A stretch of 64,000 nucleotides of DNA from Raillietiella orientalis (Eukaryota), in the NCBI GenBank assembly GCA_036172245.1, contig JAYWIR010000013.1, positions 4,278,001 through 4,342,000 on the forward strand, in the 5' to 3' direction. Positions 37,201 through 46,990 of this stretch are shown one piece after another (within the stretch, counting starts at the first letter, position 1; the number at the start of each line of letters is the position of its first letter). The notes beneath the pieces are model-generated. The model saw only the letters and a list, made by a program, of their open reading frames with translations, was not told the DNA's origin and did not search any database. Made by a program: the position numbers and the translations under genes.

Positions 37201-40041
37201 CTCTGGGGGGGGGGGTCACGCAGTGGGCGTTGGAAACGACCGGAAAAGGAAATGCCACATTTCTTTTTTGTAATTTGTTTCCTTCTTTATTTTCAAATGT
37301 GACCATCATTTTTTGTGTTTTATAATTTGATATTTATATATCCATTTTATATGTGCTTACTGCATATAAAAATATACATTAGTGAGTGTATTCTACATTA
37401 ATACATATATAAAAAAAATATATTTTCATTTTTATAATCTTTAACATGTAATAATATGAACTATTGATTCTTAATGTATTATTAATCATATTTATAACAT
37501 GTACGTTAATAAATATAAGTAAACATGTACGCTAAAATACGTTTTTATATTAACCTATGTACAAATATACACGTTAATATGCATAATGGGCACGTATATT
37601 TAATTCTTATAGTCCTTATCATTTATATCAACCTATAATCTAACTAATGTCTTAATGTATAGATGAATATATTAATTTATGTAAGAAACGTACGCTTTCA
37701 TTTTTTATGATCTTTTGAGATTTCGGCATTCGGAATTTTGATCAGCACCTCCATACTTTGAGTTCCATCGCAGCGTCTAGAGCTAATAGAGGGAAAGGAG
37801 CCGTGTTAAATAAATAGATATAGGTAATGATCCCAATGGATTTTCGAAAACGCGATTGTAACATTTAAAAAAAAACAAAGTGGATATCGAAACAGTGTGT
37901 AATACTTTGTGTCATCCATCAGAACGGCAGTGTTCATTAGCTTATGCTTCCCTCCGAAGGAGTTGGCAGTGTGTTTCTCCGACAGATCTCATCTTTGAAA
38001 TCCGACGTGGGTTTGGCCACAAACACTTCTCGTGCTGTCTGAATGTTTTTCTTGCTCGACAAAACTCTCTTCTTAGCTACTGGGATGGAGTGAAAGGAAA
38101 TCGGGAAAGGAAGATGAAACGTAAATACAATCCAGGATCCGGGGAACAGCAGTGTTTCATAAGTCGTTTTCCGGCACAAGTGTCAACTTTGAAAGGAACG
38201 CGGATTTCGAGGGAGCTTTGCTTTGCACTCTGAAGCTGAGGAAGCGCTCAGGAAGAGAATTACAGGACACACAATGATGGGAACTGTGAAGTCCTTCCTT
38301 TTGAAGCCAAGCAAAAAGAGCTCTTAGAGAATCTGTCCACGAACGCGGGATCTCTAGGGCAAATCTGGAAGGCACTTGGCGATAGAAACAACGGAACGGA
38401 CAAAAGTTGTTCCTTAATCATGGTATCTAGGCTGATGATTGATCATCGCCGATGACGGCATGCCCCCCAATGGCAGCAATCGAAGCATCGAATAAGCAGT
38501 CTCGCGCAAACCCAGCGCCATTGTCTGACCACAGGTGTTTCCCTCCTCCAAGCCCTTGCGTGGTGCACCTGCAATGCTCTCGGCAGTCGGTCCGTGGCTC
38601 GATTGCGGGACCACCGCATCCGGAGAGCTACAGAAGCTGCAGAGAGCAAGTTTTCCCCAGAGAAATGCAATTCAGCCGCTTTGCTGCTGTTCCTTTCCGT
38701 CGAATTAAAGCATCCTCCCTCCTTCCTCCCCACCCCCGCGAATATGCTCCTCTTTCTGCAAGTGAGCGTTCCAGACATCTGTTTAGGGAACACGAAATTC
38801 CATTTCTGTGCACACGCTGCTGCGGCTCTCTCTAAGGCTCTCTCTTCCTTGGCGTCTGGATCAGCATTCTCGGGACTATTAGAGCGTGTTCAATCTCTGC
38901 CGCAGTCCGGAACTGCTGCTGGGGGATGAATCCACACGAGACTCTAACGTTTCCTTCATGCTTTTCGGACAACCGAGGCTTGGCGAAAAGAAGAGAAAAA
39001 AAAACAGACTTCCTCTGTGCTCCTGGTCTTTTCGCGTTTTCTCTCCAGCACCGGATAGTTGGACTTCAAATCTCGAGGAGTGTTTCGGTGCTGTGCTCCA
39101 GGAGCTTGCTGCTGCGCATTATAAATACAGCACATTGAATAGGTGGTTTTTGCTTTTGGCTATGCTTTGAATTTCTTTTTTCTCGCTTCTCTGTCTTTTT
39201 TGAACCGTTGAAGGGTGTCGGCACTATCGAAGAAAATTTGCACATGAATCTCCCTTGGAGGAGTGACGGTGTTTTGCGCTAGTGGGCGACTCGGACTCCT
39301 TTCGACATGTCCTTTTAAGCAGAACGGCTCACTTCAAGTGAGTCCCTCATTTTGCGAGAGCTCTCTCACTCCCCTCTTGCACAGCCTCATTTTCGCTGGG
39401 ATCGCAGCCTCCGTTTCTTTAGCTTTCGTAGAGAACATCTCTCTCATGCCATCTTCTCAGCCCCTGTGAAATCGCTGAGGTCCTTCCTCGCCACCGTGCA
39501 CGAGGTGCAAGGAGCACACTCTGCGATTGTGTGCTTTTGATCATGTGCTCATGATGATCTGATTTGAGCTGAGGATAAATTCTTTAGGTTGGGAATTACG
39601 GCATTGGAGGAAATTACGGAATGCACAAAGACTACAACGGATACCACAAAGAGCCTTTCGGAGATCGCATAGCCACAGTGATGACCTATTTATCCGATGT
39701 GGATTCAGGTTAAAGTTTTTATTCATATTCTTATACTAGCAAATGCATCTGTAGGTGGAGCTACAGCTTTTCCGATCGTTGGAATTCATTCTTGGCCAGA
39801 AATGGGATCATCACTGCTTTGGTGGAACATGAAGAAAGATGGACAGTATGATGATCGAACGATGCATGGTGCATGTCCAGTTCTTTATGGGGAAAAATGG
39901 AGTAAGACGCTTATGAAAAATCATTTTGATTACCGTCTTTTGTTTTCAGTTGGCAATAAATGGGTGAGTTACAATTCTCAGTGGAAAACGTATTCCTGTC
40001 CAATATCTGAAAACAACATGATAAGAAATCCAATTTTTTAA
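22079..40041 (+). CDS. P4HA: Prolyl 4-hydroxylase alpha subunit-like, 10 exons, ~542 aa
   Basis: Exons 22079-22266, 30879-31036, 34657-34842, 34959-35143, 35574-35762, 35823-36079, 36129-36234, 39588-39708, 39755-39901, 39950-40041. All introns are GT-AG with matching phases; total 1629 nt, open to TAA. Signal peptide MLLPSSCNVLLLLAATIGCALG. P4Ha_N motifs FLYHPLHSYVLIRHLAIGW and LPDPSDLEGAATALIDVQEMYDL. Catalytic domain LSCRF..NHPWLRIAPYK, NYGIGGNYGMHKD (HxD), GDRIATVMTYLSDV, GGATAFP, TMHGACPVLYGEKW. Confidence 0.93.
23524..23545 (+). repeat. (GATGA)n microsatellite
   Basis: TGAGATGAGATGAGATGAGATG. Confidence 0.8.
25529..26320. mobile_element. AT-rich foldback/MITE-like DNA element (Mutator-like termini)
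   Basis: Left terminus GGTGTCGATCAAAATCCCGAA; right end TTCGTTCGCGGTTTCGGCGTTCGGGGTTTC; internal repeats of TAAAGATCATAAAAAG. Confidence 0.6.
26400..29900 (-). mobile_element. Heavily decayed LINE in P4H intron 1 (leader, ORF1-like, endonuclease-like remnants)
   Basis: Leader repeat at 29735-29900 is oriented to the minus strand; weak ORF1/APE-like fragments lie downstream (YTVHIRY; FFHTNGYHLR). Confidence 0.4.
30879..31036 (+). CDS. P4HA: P4H alpha exon 2
   Basis: ttag|G TAC CTG ... YLTEYQELHLDSPDPRFLYHPLHSYVLIRHLAIGWPVVEE ... A|gtaagt. Confidence 0.9.
31500..32750 (-). mobile_element. Decayed RT C-terminal remnant in P4H intron 2
   Basis: TTDDD (YADD-like), LKRNQK, IPVLGIPF (KYLGI-like), GKWLNL. 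Confidence 0.4.
33010..33262 (+). mobile_element. AT-rich foldback family arm
   Basis: GCCGAAATCCCGAAGGACCATAAAAAATAAAT matches the reverse complement of 34317-34348. Confidence 0.6.
34075..34385 (-). mobile_element. AT-rich foldback family arm (inverted)
   Basis: Minus-strand terminus GGTGCCGGTCAAAATTTCGAACGCCGAAAT; the inner part resembles 26125-26215. Confidence 0.62.
34657..36234 (+). CDS. P4HA: P4H alpha exons 3-7
   Basis: Five GC-rich exons with introns of 116, 430, 60 and 49 nt; motifs DLEGAATAL, YKMLCQG, LSCRF, PWLRIAPYK, DPYIV.IH.VL. Confidence 0.9.
36706..37749. mobile_element. AT-rich foldback element with two inverted arms in P4H intron 7
   Basis: Right terminus (minus) GGTGCTGATCAAAATTCCGAATGCCGAAATCTCAAAAGATCATAAAAAA; left degenerate GGTCAGAAACCCCAA..AAAGATCATGAAAAA; very AT-rich arms around a short GC-richer core. 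Confidence 0.65.
39588..40041 (+). CDS. P4HA: P4H alpha exons 8-10 (2OG-Fe(II) catalytic core)
   Basis: VGNYGIGGNYGMHKD...GDRIATVMTYLSDVDSGGATAFP...WWNM..DG..D.RTMHGACPVLYGEKWIGNKW; introns of 46 and 48 nt. Confidence 0.95.
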
Positions 40042-42417
40042 TGGCATATAGGAAAATGTAAACCTTGCCTTAAGCTGTGATAAGTTGATAACCCATTTTT
40101 TAGATAATATATCCAGTTTTGTTGATTTTGCAGTTGTTTATCATCTTATTTAGAATTATTCTAGCCTGATCAAAGCAAAAACAATAGCAACTATAAATGA
40201 CATGATAATTGATAGTCATTATTCCGTGAACCCAAATATTCCCCGATTACAAATTTTTGGAATTCGAAAGTTATAGAGGAAAAGTTACTTAGTAATAGAA
40301 TATTTTCCCCATGCCTATAAATGAGAATCTTTACACATAATGGTCTATGAACTTTGGCAGTTTTGTTTCACTTTCTTTGCATATCTAATGAAGCTATTTC
40401 TACCACTCAGTTATTTTTCTTAAATTCACAATATAACTCTTGTGCATAATAAGGATCCTTGTAAATTTAATTTTTTGTGGTGTCCAAAACAGGTATAAAC
40501 TAAATTACAGGATAATCTCTTTTGTACATGCCTAAAAACTCTATGTTCAGTAGTTCCAAATTTCAAAGTCACCAACTGTACTATTTCATAAAATCTTGAT
40601 CCAGCTTAGGATATTTAAAACCAGAAAAGCTGTAATGAATACATAGGACTTATTTCGTTCCACAATTTTTACAAAGCAGAATGTTTTGAAGGCATCATAT
40701 AGCCCAAAACGTGTTACTGTGAATACCTACCTCCCTTCTATAGAAAAAGTAAACTGAAGAGTTAATGTGCCACAATATTCATGATAACGCATTACGAATT
40801 TAAATTTAAGAGAAACATGGACAGACACAACCCAGATATGTATGCACATAAATGAAGTTTTATATGAATCTCTTACACTATTGTTATTGGTAGTTCAAAT
40901 AGTGTTCGATACAAATGCAAACTTGGAAAATTCATGTTGAGTATTTCTACAAGAACTGCATCGCAATTTTATGTCCGTTTTGATTTTTTTTCTCTTTCTG
41001 TAGAAGTGCTTATAGATTGCATTTTTCCGTGATATTTCTTGTGCAAACTCGAATAGTCGCAATTTAAATTAGTAGACGTATATATTTGTGGATTATAAAA
41101 TCAGAGAAAAAACCGGAAAAAGCGTCAGAAATTTACTGGAAAATCAATGAAAACTGGAATTGAGAGTTTTCAATTATTTTCAATTTTTAAAACAATTTTG
41201 CCACAAAGCTGGTAACCGTGTAAAGTAGGCACATGTTTCCGAAATCAGAAATTGAGCGTGCAAGAGCAATGCAGCTACTTGCTATATCCAAGCCTCCACG
41301 TATTATCTGAAGCATTTGTGTACTTCAAGACCAAGAGACAGTGATGTATGTCAGAACCCCGTCATCAAGTATGTATTTCTATGTGTGAAAACTTTTGTTT
41401 TAATTTAAAGGTGGCTTCCATCATAAGTACTGATCACAGTTATTTTTTCAGTATGAATACAAACATGCTTTCCTTGATTTTTTCATCCACGCCGAGTTCT
41501 TTTCCGCGTATGCCCACGTGTTGTATACATGAATACACTGAAAAGGAATATCAGCCGTGTTTGGTAGCGTTTGGGTTTCTCAAGTACGTTTTCGATCCAA
41601 CAATGGACTTATCTTTTCGTGTAAAGAAATTAAAACTTGCTGAGGTGCGTCATACGAAAGCAACTATGGTAGCACAATGATTGCATTAAATAATTAGGCA
41701 ATTTCAGTGTGGTACATCAGCATAAATGCGCAAAGCTACGACATAGGCATCAATAAACATGACAAGTTGCTATCGGATGATTTTATCATCATGCAGCACA
41801 CGGATAACTGCATTTTTTTTTTTTACGGATTCTTCAAGTTCCGTTTTTGTTTTTTTACTTAACTTGATTCTTCAAGTTCAAATTCTTAACTTGATTGCCA
41901 AGCCTGTAATATCTTAGCATCATCCTGAAAAACAATCACACTGCCCAAAGTTTTGCTGGCAGGGAAACATCCAAATTTTCAGTTTTTGTTTAAACAAATA
42001 TGAACTGCGGTCATTTCGTGAATCCGTTCACAACTGTCATTTGCATAATCCTGGGCATCAAGTATTTTGGAACTGTTTCCATCCTGTTTGCTGTATCCTG
42101 CTGACAAACCAAAAATTTAATTGAAATAGTTTGGTTTTTAAATTTAAGAATATCAATCATACTACATGAAAATCAAATGGTTATTACCCTGCAAATGCGA
42201 CAAAATGATCGCAAGTTTATGATAAATACTTTATTTGTTCATAATGACCGAGTTATAAAGATTACAATACACATATGTATGGAAATTGAGCATGTTCCTC
42301 AAATCTCAAAGCTTCGCAAAAAGAATTTTCATGTTGATCATTGCAAACATACTGACTACTTGATCAGTTTATTGTAGACAACACCACTTCCATTGCTGAT
42401 GCACAGCTTCAGTCACC

Positions 42418-43064
42418 ATGTCTTACTGTCACCAAGAAGGTAAGTGCTGTAAGCACGTACCACCTTAATAAATACTTGCTAACAGGTAAAGACAGAATTG
42501 TATTTCTTACCAGAGAAGACCATGGAAGACCCAGTAAAATCCAGATAGATGAAGAGGAAGAAACACCAGGTCTTATTTTAGCAAATGGTGAAATTAACTG
42601 GGACTGCCCCTGTCTTGGAGGAATGGCAACTGGTCCTTGTGGAACATCATTCAAAACTGCATTTTCATGCTTTCACTTTAGGTAAGTAAAGTAACTGAAG
42701 CTAGTGATTAATTAACTGCAGTACGGCTGAACCCAAAGGCAGTGACTGCTTTGAATCTTTCAAAAACATGAATGATTGTATGATGCAGTTTCCTTCTCTA
42801 TATGGCATTCCTTCAGAAGAACAAGAGGGTGAAGAAACACCAAGCCCTACAGAGCATCATGATGTCTCTGATAATAAGCAAGAAGTTCTTCAGGATAAGA
42901 GTCAGAATGTCAATTTACATAGAGATACTCATTTGCCCAAGGAATTTGATTTTGTTCCTGGTGAAAATACAAACTTGCCTTCTACTGTGACTGGGGAAAC
43001 AGTATCATTAGAAACCACAGATCCCCTCGGAAGTACCAGTGCAAAAGAAACTGTGCATTCATAG
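42418..43064 (+). CDS. CHCHD4: Mitochondrial intermembrane space import and assembly protein 40 (MIA40), 3 coding exons, 186 aa
   Basis: Exons 42418-42439, 42486-42681, 42722-43064 (introns 46 and 40 nt). [45 protein letters not shown] (CPC redox motif), twin CX9C ([22 protein letters not shown]), acidic tail. Confidence 0.96.
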
Positions 43065-43133
43065 ATTTTATTGTTTGTCAATATCTTAATAGATGACATT
43101 TCATTAGCAGGTGCTTGTAGTCTGACTTCCTGA

Positions 43134-46032
43134 TTACAGCATCTCAACATCAGTTTCGGGAAACTTTTGACTCTTACTAAGTGGAGTTTTCACTAGAAAG
43201 AAAAAAAAAAAAAAAAATCAATTTTCTGTTTCATGTCTTTGTCAAAGTCTAACCTTGTAGATCAGAAGGCAAAGGCAATAAAAAAACAATAGCCAGTGCC
43301 ATGATCACGTGCCAAGCACTATGAGTATATGCATAATTCACTTCTGTTTCTGAAAGCACAAACAACAAAAGCCCAGTAGCTGCCAGACAGATCCCAGGCA
43401 TCATTCCAGTGAGCCAGTATCTTCGGGCAGGAAAAATGACTTTGTTTTGCTGACAATACCACATCTAAGACAAATGACTGGAAGCAACAATGATGTAGGT
43501 GCATACCCATGAGCTTATCACAATGACTACTGCTATAGCAATAGGTGTGACAAACACCCAGAGTCCATTACGATCGTATTCCACTCCAACAGCCAGTCCC
43601 AAAGCTCCCATCACATGCAGCAGTGAGCGAACTTTGTAGGGCAAAGCAGCCATACACACCAATGTCACAAAGCATGCATAAATGGCAGAATAGAAATCAC
43701 AAAACTGCAAAACGCTGGGACGTAGTATACAGAAATAAAAGACATCTTGGTCACAGGCATGATAAAACTGTCAAACAATTAGCTGCATGTTAATAACGAC
43801 ACTTACAGTGGAGAAAAACATGGTGGCAAAGTAGACTAAGGCCTCTGCGTACCAATGGCGGTAACATGCCAATATGACTGCAGGAAAAAACATTAAATTG
43901 CTCAGTGTGAGAAGCAAAGTAGACAGCAGAAGCTGAGCATAACTAATTGCTAATCGGGCATCTGTACATCCCCATCCATGGTAGCCTGACCGACAATGGC
44001 AGGCAGAGAAAGTAAAAACACCACTGGATTGCACATAGCAGCTCCCTAATTCTCCACAGTGTCCTTGTACACAAGCTGCTGAGCGAATATCTACTTGCAC
44101 TCTAGTGCTGTTCATTTGGCATGGATAAGGGTGTGTAAGGCGATATCCATCCGCTGCTTCCAGCTCAGTGCTAATGTAGCACTGCACTCCAAAAGCAACA
44201 TACCAGCGCCCAGGAGCTGGGAAAGGGATCAGAAGTTGATCTCCCACACTGTTCAGTGAAGATGTGTTGATGTGCGCAGCATAACCTCGGGCACAACGAT
44301 TATCTTCTGTTGGAAAAGTGCGCACCAAATTGCTCAGGCAAGCAACTACACTGATATTATATCCCACAGCATCCTGGAAGCATATCTGACTAGTGGAACA
44401 CACAGATTTGCACACTGGCACAACATGCAACAGACATGACAATGTCACAAGACATGGGAAGGGAACCAAGTAGTGTCACATCTACTACCCACCACTAGTG
44501 GGTGGAAAACCAGCTGTAATTGCAAGGTACCACCAGTGTCAACCATTAAGTCCAAATCAAAAGAAAGAAGTGGTGGATGGGAAACATCCAGTTCCAGATA
44601 TTTAGAAGTTGTTGTTTGATTTGGTTCAGAAGGAAATACAAATTCATATTCAAATACACTGTCACCTTCTCGTTTATCCAAATGAACTCTTGAAAAACAC
44701 AACTGATAAGCAAAACATTCCAACTCACCTAGTGCCTAAACATGGTGGAGGAACATCAGGTGGCTGGTTGCTGTGTGGCATGTGTAACATCACACGCTTT
44801 GGTAACTTATCCCGACTTATTTTTTGGCACAATTGAAGGGCATCCAATTCACTCATAAGCAAGTACTTTGATTCTGGCCAATACTGCCAACAAGCTACAT
44901 GCTGAATAGCATGGGGAAAAAAGATAAAACGAAAAATCTCACCTTGAAACTTCACTTGCAAACCAAACTCGACTTTAGCCTGAACTGCCTGAATTAGAAG
45001 AAAATGCCAAGCATCCTCCTGTGGTATGAATTCCAACAAACACCATTCCCTACTAGGGTCAATGCTACAGTTCTTCAATCTAATTGAATGATACTATATT
45101 TGACATTAGGAAGATCAAGTTACTGAGCATAGTCTTGATCCAGAGATGGCAGAGCTTGTGAGCTGACAGTCATGATCACTGGACATTGATAGCCTCGAAA
45201 TGCTGGTACAGGAGAGCACCTTGAAATATTCACGCTTACCATCCAAGTTTCTGCCGGAACAAAAAACCTACAATGGATACAAGATGTACTAATCCCATCT
45301 GCAATTACTGATTCCATTACATACTGACAATCATATATGTCATAACAAAGTTTAATCAAAACCAATTAGAATCACAGTTCTGCACAACTGTTACACAAAA
45401 CATATGCAGCATTCATACTTATAAAGCTGTTGTCCATCTAAATGTTGGTAAAGTTTAAAGTCTTGATAACCATGTACCTCAGGCACGATGTGGATTATCT
45501 TCTGTTCTACTTCAACTTCCACCCGACACTGAAGCATGCAAATGCATTCTTGGGTAAGCCCCTAAAATCAATGCTAGTATCCAGTTTCCATCTTTTGTTA
45601 CTTACCTTCTGAGTTATCTTATCTGAAGATTTAAGGAGAAGAGCAGCAAGGAACCAAGTACCTGGCAAAGGATTGCTCAAAAAGTATTCATGAAGCTGAG
45701 TATCACTGTATGTATGAAAGGAATACATTGAGGACTGCTCTAAGGCAAACCCATCTGGGAAACTGGTATTATATGGATTGATGACAGGAAAACTACCATG
45801 CTGCAAGTACCTTTAACAGAAGCAACATAAGCACATTAGCAATAAGATCACATGCAAATGGCATACAGTAAAACTTTCCTAGTGGGGCAACCACTGGACT
45901 CATTAGCTCTGAAAGTCCACTTTGCAAGTCGCACCTGCTCTGGAATATCAGCATGGAATAGCTGTACATCTTTGAAAGATTCATATTCAAGAAGCTGTTT
46001 CGGAGCAAGTATCTGTACTTGATGAAGGCAAT
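43134..46032 (-). CDS. TMEM8: TMEM8/PGAP6 (post-GPI attachment to proteins 6)-like CREST-family membrane protein, 5' incomplete
   Basis: Exons (minus) 46032 or 46012-45867, 45810-45606, 45561-45419, 45267-45124, 45079-44943, 44894-44729, 44688-44493, 44373-43807, 43767-43507, 43464-43254, 43192-43134; phases consistent, ~745 codons. YLQHGSFPVINP, NPLPGTWF, DTGGTL, IPFPAPGRWY, EGF-like C..HCGELGSC...CHCRSGYHGWGC, then 7TM with LLTLSNLMFFPA, FFSTFYHACD, QFCDF, YTHSAWH. Confidence 0.93.
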
Positions 46033-46099
46033 CTATATAATGGACATTGGTTGAAGTGTAATATGAGCAGTAATTAAAAGGAAAAAACATTTAAGTAAA

Positions 46100-46990
46100 C
46101 AAGCACAAATCATTTTATAGCCATGCTTTCAATACAGCTGGAGATAAACTCTATTTCCTTAATCAATTTATGATAGAACTCGATGAATGGTGCATTACGC
46201 ACTGGGATAGCATTTCAAACTTCAGAATTAAAGTGATCATTTATGGAAAAAGTACTCGAATGGTGATGGGGGCGAAAAAAATATTCCGATGGCATGATTT
46301 GTGAGAGCTTTGAGATTTCCTTTAACAATCCCTTAGACTTCAACACGTATAAGTCGGTGATTTATTTGTTACAAAGTTTCCTTCGCTGGAAGCCAAAGAG
46401 CAGCTGCCTGCAATAATTTTCGGTCTTCATCTGTACATTATTGTATCCCGAATAACTAACAAAATCTGCTTGATGCCTGACTAATTGTGAGAATGCCCTC
46501 TCAAATATATTCGTACTTCAATAGGGTTGATGCATGCTCATCCGTACCAATATGGGGATAACTATTTATTCAGGGATCCTACAATTAAAAACGAAAAGCA
46601 AATCCCATTGGAGCATAATACAAGTGAATGCTCACGCCTGGAAACCCCCATTTATGGGAAACTTATTGGCCCAAACGGTGAGGCTGAAACGATATCTGGG
46701 CACTGCATGCATGCAAGATGAAATACTTGAAAAATCACACGAGTACATGGGATGTATGAAAAGTGACGCACGACACATTTTCCTTTATTTCGACCATGCC
46801 AAACCCAACGGCAAACCCGTACACGGATTCCGTACAAATTTGATCTTTCACAAGAAAGGCACAGGGAAACGTGCAACCATCAGAGAAGTAAAAAAAATGG
46901 CTTACTTGACTGGCAAAAGCACAAAACTGCGATTGAATAAAGGTACAGCAGTCCAATTTGCCCACTCTGGAGTGGGTTGCAACCCCTGAC
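46100..46990 (+). mobile_element. Decayed RT remnant
   Basis: SHAFNT (SKAFDT-like) near 46120; later KTKSKSH...VRLKRYLG. Confidence 0.35.

Noticed and set aside
43249..43253. TMEM8 stop at 43249 as given by the ORF track
   Set aside because: A 61-nt intron with a strong poly-T acceptor (43253-43193) and a short terminal exon is better supported, though read-through to this stop is possible.
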